DNA from: a virus
Taxonomy: Duplodnaviria > Heunggongvirae > Uroviricota > Caudoviricetes
Direction: 5' to 3' (one strand)
Length of the DNA: 64,000 bases
Virus record (IMG/VR): IMGVR_UViG_3300028833_002727
Part shown: positions 28,762-38,283 of the stretch, piece after piece
How positions within the stretch are numbered: the stretch's first letter is position 1
Layout of the letters: each line of letters starts with the position of its first letter
Notes under the pieces: generated by a model
Told to the model about the DNA's origin: nothing
The model's input: only the letters and a program-made list of their open reading frames with translations
Databases searched by the model: none
Position numbers and translations under genes: made by a program

Positions 28762-29781
28762 CTATTCGTTAGTGGCTTCATTGTTTTCATTATCTTCTTT
28801 ATCTCTTAATTTGTTTAACAATTCCAAATCTTCGGATACATCTAATTCTTCTTTGGCTTTTATTGCAGCCATAGCGTCGAAATCAATCATAGCACCTTCT
28901 CGTGCTTCTTTATTTTCGTATTTTCTTGCCATTTCCTCATTATATACTTCATCAATTTCGTCTTTACCGTTGGTTAATATATCACAGTAGAAACGTAGTA
29001 CATAACTACCATCAAATTTAATAATGTTATCAAACTTGGCATCACCATATTCGAACAGTATCATATCGTCCGCACCATAACAACCAGACGTTTTAAACCA
29101 AATCTTATCAAATTGAACTAAATCAGAACGAACATCACCCTGGTAAATTCTATCAAGTTCGGCTTGTAATAGTTTTGTGATGTTATTGAACTGCTGTCTG
29201 TACTGTGGTACATAGAAATCTACAATGGCGTGTTTGTCGTCAACATTTTTCACAACAACTTTTGTTGTGTAACGTTCAATACGGAAACGTGGGTAATAAT
29301 CACGTTCAACATGTACCGTATATTCGGCGTTAATACCATCTGATGTGTTGTATGATTTTTGTAATTCTTCATCAATAATCACTTCACCACCAACAATATG
29401 AATACCAGTTTGTCCCAAACCTTGAATAACTTGTTTATTTTCTTGCACCAACTTGATTGGGTAGCCGTCTGAGTCTTCAACATTTCCAGTGTAGCCGAAC
29501 ATGTTGTTTCTTTTTTTGGCGTGTCCACCGCCATTATATTCGTATTCATGTGATTTACGTTCAACAAAATACATTTGGTGACGTAATTCCTTTACTTCCT
29601 GGGTAACTTCGCCCTTCAACAAATCTTTATACACACTTTGTTGTTCTTGTTGTTGCTCAATACCACCAATTGGTACTGAGTCATCCCCAGTACCACTTTT
29701 AATCACCTTGTCACCGGAAATCATACCTTGAATTAGGTAGTGAAATCCAATTCTAATCTTATCCCAAAAACTTAATTTCAT
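28762..29781 (-). CDS. Hypothetical protein
   Basis: 339 aa ORF. Confidence 0.75.
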   Translation of the reverse strand: MKLSFWDKIRIGFHYLIQGMISGDKVIKSGTGDDSVPIGGIEQQQEQQSVYKDLLKGEVTQEVKELRHQMYFVERKSHEYEYNGGGHAKKRNNMFGYTGNVEDSDGYPIKLVQENKQVIQGLGQTGIHIVGGEVIIDEELQKSYNTSDGINAEYTVHVERDYYPRFRIERYTTKVVVKNVDDKHAIVDFYVPQYRQQFNNITKLLQAELDRIYQGDVRSDLVQFDKIWFKTSGCYGADDMILFEYGDAKFDNIIKFDGSYVLRFYCDILTNGKDEIDEVYNEEMARKYENKEAREGAMIDFDAMAAIKAKEELDVSEDLELLNKLRDKEDNENNEATNE

Positions 29782-30011
29782 TCCTCGTTAATTAGCCTTT
29801 TCTCGAACTCATCCATTATTTTTGCTTCGACATTTGTACATTTCATTTGTTTGTGTAATGGTTCTTCAAACAAATTTTTTTCGTTTGTGTTTCTGTAACA
29901 CTCATTCATTTGTGCTGTGTTAGCATAATAGTCTTTTAATGCTTTGTTTGCGTTGTAATATGCTACTAAATCATTCATACTAAGTTTCTCAATGTCTTTT
30001 GCTTCAATCAT
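29778..30011 (-). CDS. Hypothetical protein
   Basis: ATGA-coupled ORF. Confidence 0.6.
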   Translation of the reverse strand: MIEAKDIEKLSMNDLVAYYNANKALKDYYANTAQMNECYRNTNEKNLFEEPLHKQMKCTNVEAKIMDEFEKRLINEE

Positions 30012-30118
30012 AATTTCTTTTGCTTTTATTGTAATATAGTTATTTTTCCCTAAAAATAAATAGATGTTAACAAATTTTTTAGGTATAAGAGTACTATTAA
30101 AATAAAAAAGTGACTTGG

Positions 30119-31213
30119 TTAAGCCACTTTTATGTATTTTTCTACGGTATCTGCTTTCTGTTTTACGTATTCGTCATCTACCGTAACAGTTGTTATTTCG
30201 TCCTTTTCTCTGTTTTCCGCAGCATCAAACATAATATCCGATAGAATAAGTTCGACTATTGTTCTCAACGCTCGTGCGCCAGTTTTCAATTTAAAGGCGA
30301 TACGGGCGATTTCTTTTAATGCGCTATCTGTTATAACCAAGTTAGTTTTATCGAGTTTAAGCAACTCTTGATATTGACGTATAATTGAGTTTTTAGGCTC
30401 AGTCAATATGTTAACCAAATCATCCTCAGTTAATTTCGTTACATGTGAGATAACAGGGAAACGCCCAATAATTTCAGGAATAAAACCGTATTTCTTCAAA
30501 TCTTCTGCTGTTACATAATTCACTAAATCTTCATCCGCAATACGTTCCTTATCAGCAGAAGCGAAACCAATTTGCGCATTACCCATACGCGATTTTACAA
30601 TGTTCTCAATGCCGCTAAATGCGCCAATAGCAATGAATAGAATATTCTTGGTGTCAATATAATCCATACCCATTTCCGGGTGTTTACGTCTCTGATCCAT
30701 TTGTATTCCTACTCTGTCACCTTCAACAATTTTTAGTAATGCTTGTTGTACACTTTCTCCAGATACATCACGCGTAATTGACATACCAGCATCTTTCTTT
30801 GCTATCTTGTCGAACTCGTCAAAAACAATGATACCCATTTCTGCACGTTGAATATCACCACCTGCTTGCCCTACTAAACCATTTAAACAAGTTTCAACAT
30901 CTTCACCGACGTATCCAGCACTTGTACACGCAGTAATATCTTTTATATATAATGGTACATCAAGTAAACGCGCAATAGTACGCACCAAAAGTGTTTTACC
31001 TGAACCAGTGTTACCCAAAAGGATTACATTTGATTTATCAAACTCAACTTCTTTGTTGACAGTAAATAGGTTATTGTAAATTTTCTTATAGTGATTGTAT
31101 ACGGCAAGCGCAAGTGTACGTTTTGCGTGTTCCTGCCCTATTACATACTTGTCTAATTCTTCTACGATTTCTCGCGGCGTCATTAAATTAAACTCTTCCT
31201 CTTTTTTACTCAT
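30119..31213 (-). CDS. clpX: ATP-dependent Clp protease ATPase ClpX (no N-terminal Zn domain)
   Basis: LDKYVIGQ, KSNVILLG.TGSGKT, AGYVGEDVE, DEFDKI, ITRDVSGE.VQQALLK, RKHP, IGF, GAR.LR. Confidence 0.92.
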   Translation of the reverse strand: MSKKEEEFNLMTPREIVEELDKYVIGQEHAKRTLALAVYNHYKKIYNNLFTVNKEVEFDKSNVILLGNTGSGKTLLVRTIARLLDVPLYIKDITACTSAGYVGEDVETCLNGLVGQAGGDIQRAEMGIIVFDEFDKIAKKDAGMSITRDVSGESVQQALLKIVEGDRVGIQMDQRRKHPEMGMDYIDTKNILFIAIGAFSGIENIVKSRMGNAQIGFASADKERIADEDLVNYVTAEDLKKYGFIPEIIGRFPVISHVTKLTEDDLVNILTEPKNSIIRQYQELLKLDKTNLVITDSALKEIARIAFKLKTGARALRTIVELILSDIMFDAAENREKDEITTVTVDDEYVKQKADTVEKYIKVA

Positions 31214-32994
31214 AATAAACTCCTAAAATTTAACTTTTTTGTATTACTTTGTTTTGTTGTGTTGTTACCAATTACAGTGCTTGTTTTCTTAATGTTTGAA
31301 AGTTGCTTAACTGGTTCTATAATTGGCTTATTATTAAAGTTATCTTCTGTTATTTCTAATTCTCTATTGTAGTTGAGTTTGACACGTAAATCGTCTAACT
31401 CTTTTTTTAGTTTTTTAATATCAAAATATCCGCCAGTTCTATACGTGTAAGGATCCTCTTTCATAAAATTCAGCGTTTTCTTGGCACGAGTATAGGCTAC
31501 ATACATTAAATTGCGTTCAGTTTTCACTTCCCAATCCTTACTTGCATATTTGCTCGGCATTAGCGATGGTTGTAGAATATAAACATTGTCAGCCTCTAAT
31601 CCTTTTGCTTTGTGAATGGTTGATAATTCAACAGCATCTTCCGCTTCACCATTAAAAATTATGTTTATCTTATCTACCAACTCTTGGGTTGATATTAAAC
31701 CTTCAGATAATACCTTTAATGCCTCAATGTTATCGTATATACCAAGAATAGTTGAATGACATAAAGCGTCTTCTTCATCTAATCTTTGTGTAGACATTAT
31801 AGTATCTATCTGTTTAAACAAATATACGTATAAATTTGGAAATAATCCATCATAAGTGACACAGTTTCTATCAATAAGTTTACTTTTTGTGCCAGCGATT
31901 AGTTCCAAATACTCTTTTCGTATATCTTTAAAACCTCGTATGTATGCTTTTTTGTTTATGCGCAGGTATTTCAAAAATTGTTCGATTAGCGGCGCAGTGT
32001 TCCTACACAATACCATATCACCAGCAATAGGCTCATTTGGTGAAACATCGTAGCGTATTTCACCTTCAATTGCATCATCTTTTGCAACGATGTTGTCCGA
32101 GAATTGTTTTGCTAATTCAACGATTTTTTTAGGACAACGATATGAAATTGGCAAGGTATATTGTTTGGTATGTGGGTATTTTAGGAAATTGTCAATTGCG
32201 TCCATTGTACTTCCACACCATATGTTGATTTGTTGGTGCTCGTCCATTACAGCCGCGAAACGCGTGCCGCGTTTGAAACACTTGTCAACTAACTTTTCTT
32301 CAACAATAGACGTATCTTGTGCTTCGTCAATGAATATCCAGTTAAACAAGTATCGCTTGGTTGTTAGATTTAACACGTTTGGTAGCCACAACATATCAGT
32401 GTAGTCAATGAAATTAAGATTTTCTTTTCCCCATAACAATGCTTTGCGACATACTTCAACCTCATCCAATATAGGAATGATTCCGTACAATTCAGCAACT
32501 CGTTCAATTTCCTTAATTGACATCGCCAAATAGTAACGCGAATACTCAATTAACTTAACAATGTTATTGATATATAAGGATTTATTTCTACCAATTTCAG
32601 AATACCTATCTGTTAAATGTTGAAGGTTTTCCTTAACATAATTTTTGTATTTATACTCAACAACTATATCTTTTCCTTTGTTTTCAATGACATTATTTTC
32701 AACTAACATACAATATCCAAGAGAGTGAAACGTTAATACTGTTGCACCATCGTGAGTAACTGTATGTCTGATCTTATTAACAATGTCCTTGTTAAATGCT
32801 ATGAATAGTATTTTTTTTGCATCGGGAATAAAGCGAATGGCGTTTACTATAGTTGTCGTTTTCGCGGAACCTGAAGCGGCATTGATAATTAGATTACCAA
32901 CACCAGATGATATTGTCTGGAAAATTTTGTCTTGATACTCGGACGCATCAAATTCCTCTCCGTTTATTCGTATTTTGTAATGTTCATTTTGCAT
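31210..32994 (-). CDS. UvrD/Rep-like SF1 helicase
   Basis: ASGSAKTT, TFHSLG, IDEAQD, SYRCP, STIHKAKGLE, YVAYTRAK. Confidence 0.88.
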   Translation of the reverse strand: MQNEHYKIRINGEEFDASEYQDKIFQTISSGVGNLIINAASGSAKTTTIVNAIRFIPDAKKILFIAFNKDIVNKIRHTVTHDGATVLTFHSLGYCMLVENNVIENKGKDIVVEYKYKNYVKENLQHLTDRYSEIGRNKSLYINNIVKLIEYSRYYLAMSIKEIERVAELYGIIPILDEVEVCRKALLWGKENLNFIDYTDMLWLPNVLNLTTKRYLFNWIFIDEAQDTSIVEEKLVDKCFKRGTRFAAVMDEHQQINIWCGSTMDAIDNFLKYPHTKQYTLPISYRCPKKIVELAKQFSDNIVAKDDAIEGEIRYDVSPNEPIAGDMVLCRNTAPLIEQFLKYLRINKKAYIRGFKDIRKEYLELIAGTKSKLIDRNCVTYDGLFPNLYVYLFKQIDTIMSTQRLDEEDALCHSTILGIYDNIEALKVLSEGLISTQELVDKINIIFNGEAEDAVELSTIHKAKGLEADNVYILQPSLMPSKYASKDWEVKTERNLMYVAYTRAKKTLNFMKEDPYTYRTGGYFDIKKLKKELDDLRVKLNYNRELEITEDNFNNKPIIEPVKQLSNIKKTSTVIGNNTTKQSNTKKLNFRSLL

Positions 32995-33097
32995 AACGTT
33001 TTAAATATACGTTTTTTTTTTGAATACACATCATTTTCAGCCTGTGCCATGTATTTATTGTATAATGAAATAATTAAGTAAAAAATATTATTAAAAC

Positions 33098-33445
33098 ATG
33101 AATCAATTTGTTGAAAATATACTGATTGGTGTACGTCAGTGGGTAAATGAAAAAATTGCTGACGTGAACGAAGCCATAAATGACAAACAAGACATGTTAA
33201 CTGCTGGTGAAAATATCGAAATTACTAGTGGCGGTACAATTAGTGCAACTGATACAACTTATGAGGCATCAGATTTCGACATTAAAGATTTAGCCGATTC
33301 TACTGGCTTACGTGAAGAGTGGAGCAGCAAACAAGACGCTTCTGATAACAATCTTAATACTACAGATAAAACATTGGTTGGTGCAATCAATGAATTACTT
33401 GCTAGAATAGAAGCATTGGAAACACAACTTAATAATCAAGCATGA
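33098..33445 (+). CDS. Short fibre/stalk protein
   Basis: KQD.LTAG.NIEIT motif; TDKTLVGAINEL coiled stalk; TATTTAT at 33052. Confidence 0.65.
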   Translation: MNQFVENILIGVRQWVNEKIADVNEAINDKQDMLTAGENIEITSGGTISATDTTYEASDFDIKDLADSTGLREEWSSKQDASDNNLNTTDKTLVGAINELLARIEALETQLNNQA

Positions 33446-33473
33446 TAAATAACTAAACAAATTAAATTAAATT

Positions 33474-34166
33474 ATGGAACAATTTATTCAAAACATGTTG
33501 ATTGGTATTCGCCAGTGGGTAAATGAAAAAATTGCTGGCGTTAATGAAGCCATAGACAACAAACAAGACATTTTAACCGCAGGTGATAACATTGAAATCA
33601 CTAGCGGTGGTACTATTAGTGTAACTGGGATTATTAACGATTCTGTAGCAGGTAATAACTCTACGTATTCATCAAATAAAATTGATAATCTAATTAGCAT
33701 GATTGCTCAATTAAGTATCGAGGTTGTTGATGAATTACCTGCGAGTGGTAATACACACACCATCTATTTGGTTCCGGCACAAGAAAGTGGTGAAACAAAT
33801 TCAAGAGATGAGTATCTTTGGATTGTCGACGCTAGCACAGGAGTAGGTACTTGGGAACTAATTGGTACAACAAAAATTGATTTATCTAATTACTATACTG
33901 TAACTGAAGTTAATATGTTATTAGATGACAAACAAGACACTTTAACCGCTGGAGATAACATCGAAATCACTAGCGGGGGTACTAGCGGAATTACTATCAG
34001 TGCAACTGGAACTACAAGTGCTACTGAGCAGGCATTAGAAGATATGTCTTTTGTTATTTCAAGCCATATCAATGAATTAAACACTAAAGTTGATAGTAAA
34101 CAAGATGAAGTAAATGTAACTGTTGAAGAGGTGTTGGACGTATTAAATAGTTCTGACGATGAATAA
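33474..34166 (+). CDS. Fibre protein, paralog of upstream gene
   Basis: Near-identical N-term; two KQD.LTAGDNIEIT repeats; VVDELP..G....IYLV...EY.W...WELIG. Confidence 0.7.
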   Translation: MEQFIQNMLIGIRQWVNEKIAGVNEAIDNKQDILTAGDNIEITSGGTISVTGIINDSVAGNNSTYSSNKIDNLISMIAQLSIEVVDELPASGNTHTIYLVPAQESGETNSRDEYLWIVDASTGVGTWELIGTTKIDLSNYYTVTEVNMLLDDKQDTLTAGDNIEITSGGTSGITISATGTTSATEQALEDMSFVISSHINELNTKVDSKQDEVNVTVEEVLDVLNSSDDE

Positions 34167-34197
34167 ATAACGCCAAGAAATAAAACACAAATAAACA

Positions 34198-35820
34198 ATG
34201 AAAGAATATATTAAAAAATTTGAATCTGCTACAAGTGCGGATAATTATTCAATTGTAGACATACCGTTTACTACTTCAATTGCACCAAGTTCTGATTATC
34301 CTTCGATAAACTATATTCAGAATTTGGTATGTAATCAAACAGGTAAAAAATTGGTTAATAATGATGGTATTGTTTCAATTTATAATGACGAGCCAGTTAT
34401 TCATAATGATGAAATTTGGTACACCAGTTCAGATGGAAATATTGTAACACCTAATGATTCATCCGTATTACCAGAAATTGATGCTAATACATATAGTGAT
34501 GGTAAAGGTGTAATTAAATTTAAAACAGATGTTACAAGAATTGGACGGAATGCTTTCGAAGATTGCAGCGGTTTGACTTCTGTGACGATTCCCAATAGCG
34601 TCACCAGCATTGGAGATGCAGCTTTCTCTGGTTGTAGCAGTTTAACTTCGGTTACTATTCCTAATAGCGTCACAAACATTGGGCCTGAGGCTTTCGCTGA
34701 TTGTAGAAGTTTAACTTCTGTGACGATTGGCAATAGCGTCACAAGCATCGGATGGGGTGCTTTCCAAAATTGCAGCGGTTTGACTTCTGTGACGATTCCC
34801 AATAGCTTCACCAGCATTGTAGATGCAGCTTTCTCTGGTTGTAGCAGTTTAACTTCGGTTACTATTCCCAATAGCGTCACCAGCATTGGAAGTCATGCTT
34901 TCGAGGGTTGCAGCGGTTTAACATCTGTTAAAATTCCTAACAGTGTCACCAGCATTGAAGATTGGGCTTTCGAGGGTTGTAGCAGTTTAACTTCTGTAAC
35001 GATTCCTAACAGTGTCACCAGCATCGGACATTGGGCTTTCGAATATTGCAGCAGTTTGACCTCTGTAACGATTGGCAATAGCGTCACAAGCATTGGAAGT
35101 GAGGCTTTCCGTAATTGCAAAGGTCTGACGAGCATCACCATTCCCAACAGCGTCACAAGCATTGGAGGAGGTGCTTTCGAGGGTTGCAGCGGTTTAACAT
35201 CTGTGACATGTGAAGCGACAACTCCACCAACATTAACTGGATATAATACATTTTATGAAACGAATAACTGTCCAATCTATGTACCATTCCGATCTGTTAT
35301 CGCATATAAATATGCTCAATATTGGTGGGAATATGCATCCAGAATTGTAGGCCAAGCTGGTATAGCACGAGTTACAATTGAGCGTGTAATCGGTACTTCG
35401 GAAACTATAACATTGTCTGATGGTGAAACCTATGCTGAACAAGGTTATAGTGGATACTATAGTCAAAGCTATTATGATTCTAGTATGGCAGAAACACCTG
35501 AACAGTTCTCAGTTAATGACAATTATCCTGTAGATGGTGAAACTATCTATGATTATTGTGATGATATTTATGAACCAACAGACGTAGAAGTTACAATTGA
35601 GCATGAAGATGGGACTTCAGAAACTATAACATTGTCTGATGGTGAAACCTATGCTGACCAAGGTTATAGTGGATACTATAGTCAAGATACATATGATTCT
35701 AATGTAGAAACTGCTGAAGATTACTTAGTTAATGACGATTATCCATATGACGGTCAGATTATCTATGATTATTGTAGTGATGATGCAGATCCAGAACCTG
35801 AAGATCCAGATGAACTTTAA
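34198..35820 (+). CDS. BspA/TpLRR-type leucine-rich-repeat adhesin with two acidic C-terminal repeats
   Basis: 10 x 23-aa C..LTSVTIPNSVTSIG..AF repeats; N-cap EIWYTSSDG; C-cap TPP...IYVP. Confidence 0.9.
   Translation: MKEYIKKFESATSADNYSIVDIPFTTSIAPSSDYPSINYIQNLVCNQTGKKLVNNDGIVSIYNDEPVIHNDEIWYTSSDGNIVTPNDSSVLPEIDANTYSDGKGVIKFKTDVTRIGRNAFEDCSGLTSVTIPNSVTSIGDAAFSGCSSLTSVTIPNSVTNIGPEAFADCRSLTSVTIGNSVTSIGWGAFQNCSGLTSVTIPNSFTSIVDAAFSGCSSLTSVTIPNSVTSIGSHAFEGCSGLTSVKIPNSVTSIEDWAFEGCSSLTSVTIPNSVTSIGHWAFEYCSSLTSVTIGNSVTSIGSEAFRNCKGLTSITIPNSVTSIGGGAFEGCSGLTSVTCEATTPPTLTGYNTFYETNNCPIYVPFRSVIAYKYAQYWWEYASRIVGQAGIARVTIERVIGTSETITLSDGETYAEQGYSGYYSQSYYDSSMAETPEQFSVNDNYPVDGETIYDYCDDIYEPTDVEVTIEHEDGTSETITLSDGETYADQGYSGYYSQDTYDSNVETAEDYLVNDDYPYDGQIIYDYCSDDADPEPEDPDEL
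34531..35210 (+). repeat. Tandem 69-bp LRR-coding repeats (about 10 units)
   Basis: Direct repeats visible in DNA; 34564-34661 vs 34771-34868 differ at 2 nt. Confidence 0.9.
35370..35785 (+). repeat. Two ~219-bp direct repeats coding acidic Tyr-rich domains
   Basis: VTIE..GTSETITLSDGETYA.QGYSGYYSQ...IYDYC twice. Confidence 0.85.
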
Positions 35821-36177
35821 AAAACTTGGGAAGAGATTATAAATGATGAATCTTATGTGTTTGATGCAGGAACAATAGCAGTTGGACAAACTAAACCTGT
35901 TACTATTAATGGTAATGTTGCTAAATTCAGTTTTATACCAGAAAACAATGGTAATTATAGAATTTATTCAACTGGAGATGAAGACACTGTTGGCGCGATT
36001 TTTAATTCAAATGGTAATATGATTACATCCAATGATGATGGTTCAGGACATAATTTTATGATAAATACTGATTTAACTGGTGGCGAAACTTATTACATTC
36101 ATACAACACTTTATGGTTATGAAAATAGTGGCAATTTTAATTTAGTAGTTGAGGAAATGTATGATGATGAACCATAA
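35821..36177 (+). CDS. PPC-like beta-sandwich domain, in frame with the LRR gene after a TAA
   Basis: FSFIP...G.YRIYSTGD.DT.G.....G.....NDDG...NF.I...L..GETYYI; open frame starts right after TAA 35818-35820. Confidence 0.6.
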   Translation, partial: KTWEEIINDESYVFDAGTIAVGQTKPVTINGNVAKFSFIPENNGNYRIYSTGDEDTVGAIFNSNGNMITSNDDGSGHNFMINTDLTGGETYYIHTTLYGYENSGNFNLVVEEMYDDEP

Positions 36178-36271
36178 TATAGATGAACCAACAACATAAA
36201 TGATTTATGAAAACCCGCATTTTTACAGTAATAAATTATTTTTCCAAAATTCGTTTCCGCAAACGAATTAT

Positions 36272-36305
36272 AAAAAAATTCGCCTCGAAAAGCGAATTTT
36301 TTTTT
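36272..36305. terminator. Bidirectional intrinsic terminator
   Basis: aaaaaaattcgc-ctcgaaaa-gcgaatttttttt. Confidence 0.75.
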
Positions 36306-36322
36306 ATCCTTAGAAACACAAG

Positions 36323-36802
36323 TTATATCTCTTGTTCTCTATTTAGTTCATTTTTAATTTGAGCAAACTTATTATATTGAAATTCTGAATATTTCTTTGC
36401 AATTTTTTCTGCAAATTTCTTATGCCCATCGTCTTTCAAAATATGCCCAGGATCACCATGTTGCGTAATTGCAAACAACAGTTTCAACAAGTATTTCTGT
36501 TCTTTGTTATCACACATGAACGTAACGTAATATTCTTTACTGTATTTCTCGTTACTAGTTGCGCCTTCAAATTTACTTATTGCTAAGGATGAGATGTATA
36601 TGTCTTCCTCATCCCACCCTGTTTCATTTTCTTTATCAAAGTCCAAACGAAAAAGTACACCTTTCCTGGGTGTAGTAAAATACTTCAATATCTGGTAGAT
36701 AGTTGTTTTCTCAATATCTCCGTAGGAAGTGTATTTTATAGTCATTCTACTCTGCATATTCAAATTACTTAAATAATTTATCAAAAATAAAGCGATTATC
36801 AT
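36323..36802 (-). CDS. Hypothetical protein
   Basis: ORF; start uncertain. Confidence 0.55.
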   Translation of the reverse strand: MIIALFLINYLSNLNMQSRMTIKYTSYGDIEKTTIYQILKYFTTPRKGVLFRLDFDKENETGWDEEDIYISSLAISKFEGATSNEKYSKEYYVTFMCDNKEQKYLLKLLFAITQHGDPGHILKDDGHKKFAEKIAKKYSEFQYNKFAQIKNELNREQEI

Positions 36803-37358
36803 TTTTTGGTATAAGATTTAAAAATTCTTCTGGTAACACATCCGTGTACACAACCCATGGAAATGAACTTTTGTCTATTGTTTCAAAATTAGTTCTATTC
36901 CAACGATTGAAGAATTTCATATATGTATCGTGACACTCACTGCGAAGTTTATCATAAAACAGAATGTTGCCATTATTATATAAAACCCATGGAGCTGATT
37001 CAACATTGAGATATTCAAAAGGTATAGTTTTATGCGCCCAAGCATTTGGAGCGTCCATATATATGTCAAACAATTTCTTATTTTCTGGTGTATAATCGAG
37101 TGAAACAATAAATAAATTGTGTTCTTTATAAAATGGTTCATTTACCCAAAACCATATACAACTACCAACTTCACCATTATCAAAACACTCTAAGCCATTA
37201 CGATACACCATTCGACATAAATCAATAGCATTACCGCCTTGAGGTAGCCGTTTACCAGTAATTACGTGAATCAATTTTATATTGTTCAAATATTTTTCAA
37301 TACTTTCTCGTATCATTTTTGATAAACGCGATTTATTTATTTTAATTGCATTGCTCAT
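36765..37358 (-). CDS. Tagged protein with possible ART-like fold
   Basis: N-term INKSRLSKMIRESI; KLIHV...NGL...G..IWF...IP.EYL. Confidence 0.55.
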   Translation of the reverse strand: MSNAIKINKSRLSKMIRESIEKYLNNIKLIHVITGKRLPQGGNAIDLCRMVYRNGLECFDNGEVGSCIWFWVNEPFYKEHNLFIVSLDYTPENKKLFDIYMDAPNAWAHKTIPFEYLNVESAPWVLYNNGNILFYDKLRSECHDTYMKFFNRWNRTNFETIDKSSFPWVVYTDVLPEEFLNLIPKNDNRFIFDKLFK

Positions 37359-38195
37359 TTAGTATGTGTTTTTACTTAATAATCCTTCGTTGGATATTTT
37401 TTTATTATACCAGTCTATCATGGTTTGTTTAATCAAAGCATTTCTTTTTACTTTATCACCGTAAATGCCTTTAAATTTATCTTGTAGTAGATAGAAAAGT
37501 TGTTTTGCTGTCATGTTCCTTGCTACCTCACCATCGGCACCTTTCATACCAACGATATGTACATTTTTCGGATAACCATCATCACCAATTATCGGCATAC
37601 TTGCACGAACAAAATTATCATCAAGATATTTTTTAATTAGGAGAACCTTATTTGGGTTTACAAAGTTACTGTTTTCATCCAATTTATCTTTGATGTAATT
37701 GATTTGTTCCTCCGTGAAGAATGCTTTCTTTGTTTCTGGTTGTTCAGATTCTTGTATCGCTTTCACTTGTTGTTCTGTGAAGAACACTTTTTTGCTAAAT
37801 AATGACTCATACAGCCTATCATCATTCTCATCGTCAAACTGTATTTGTGTTTGTGTATCTGGTTGTTTTTTAGTAATTTTGTAACCAGGAACTTTTTTTA
37901 CTTTATCTGTATCTCGCATACTAATTTCAATATCTTTACGTAGCATATCGTTTTTCCATTTGTGAAAACCAGCAATAATACTTAAATCGTTTAACCCGTC
38001 TAAATCTCTATATTGATATAATGGTACACCATATTGGTTCTTGTCAATAGGTTTAATACCGTTATTGGCAAGAATAGCATAGATAACATTCATTTTTGGT
38101 TTATTAAGTGTACCAACGTTGTTAATGCCGAGCACACGAATGAACTTTCTAATATATGGTTTAACGTATGTTGCTTTACTATACATAATTTTCAA
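37359..38195 (-). CDS. Hypothetical protein with two internal tags
   Basis: KVFFTEQQ and KAFFTEEQ; TATTTAT at 38207-38213 on minus strand. Confidence 0.7.
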   Translation of the reverse strand: MKIMYSKATYVKPYIRKFIRVLGINNVGTLNKPKMNVIYAILANNGIKPIDKNQYGVPLYQYRDLDGLNDLSIIAGFHKWKNDMLRKDIEISMRDTDKVKKVPGYKITKKQPDTQTQIQFDDENDDRLYESLFSKKVFFTEQQVKAIQESEQPETKKAFFTEEQINYIKDKLDENSNFVNPNKVLLIKKYLDDNFVRASMPIIGDDGYPKNVHIVGMKGADGEVARNMTAKQLFYLLQDKFKGIYGDKVKRNALIKQTMIDWYNKKISNEGLLSKNTY

Positions 38196-38283
38196 ATTAT
38201 TTTACTATAAATACTTTCTTTTGTATCATTTGTCAGTATTTATTACTAAAATAATGTTTTTATTCCAAAAGAAAATAGATAAG

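Noticed and set aside
25497-32994. Bacterial chromosome segment (clpC, clpX, uvrD, pncB)
   Set aside because: Genes are divergent, lack bacterial operon context (no clpP/tig/lon), are interleaved with phage genes and share phage promoter motifs
34401-35162. Repetitive minus-strand ORFs (MLVTLLGIVTEVK...)
   Set aside because: Well-known antisense artefact of BspA-type LRR repeats
34531-35210. CRISPR array or DGR
   Set aside because: Repeats are 69-bp in-frame coding units without unique spacers; no RT or adenine-specific TR/VR pair was seen in the window
37356-37361. Readthrough fusion of 37359..38195 with 36765..37358
   Set aside because: The downstream gene starts with its own Met plus class A tag, consistent with a separate gene
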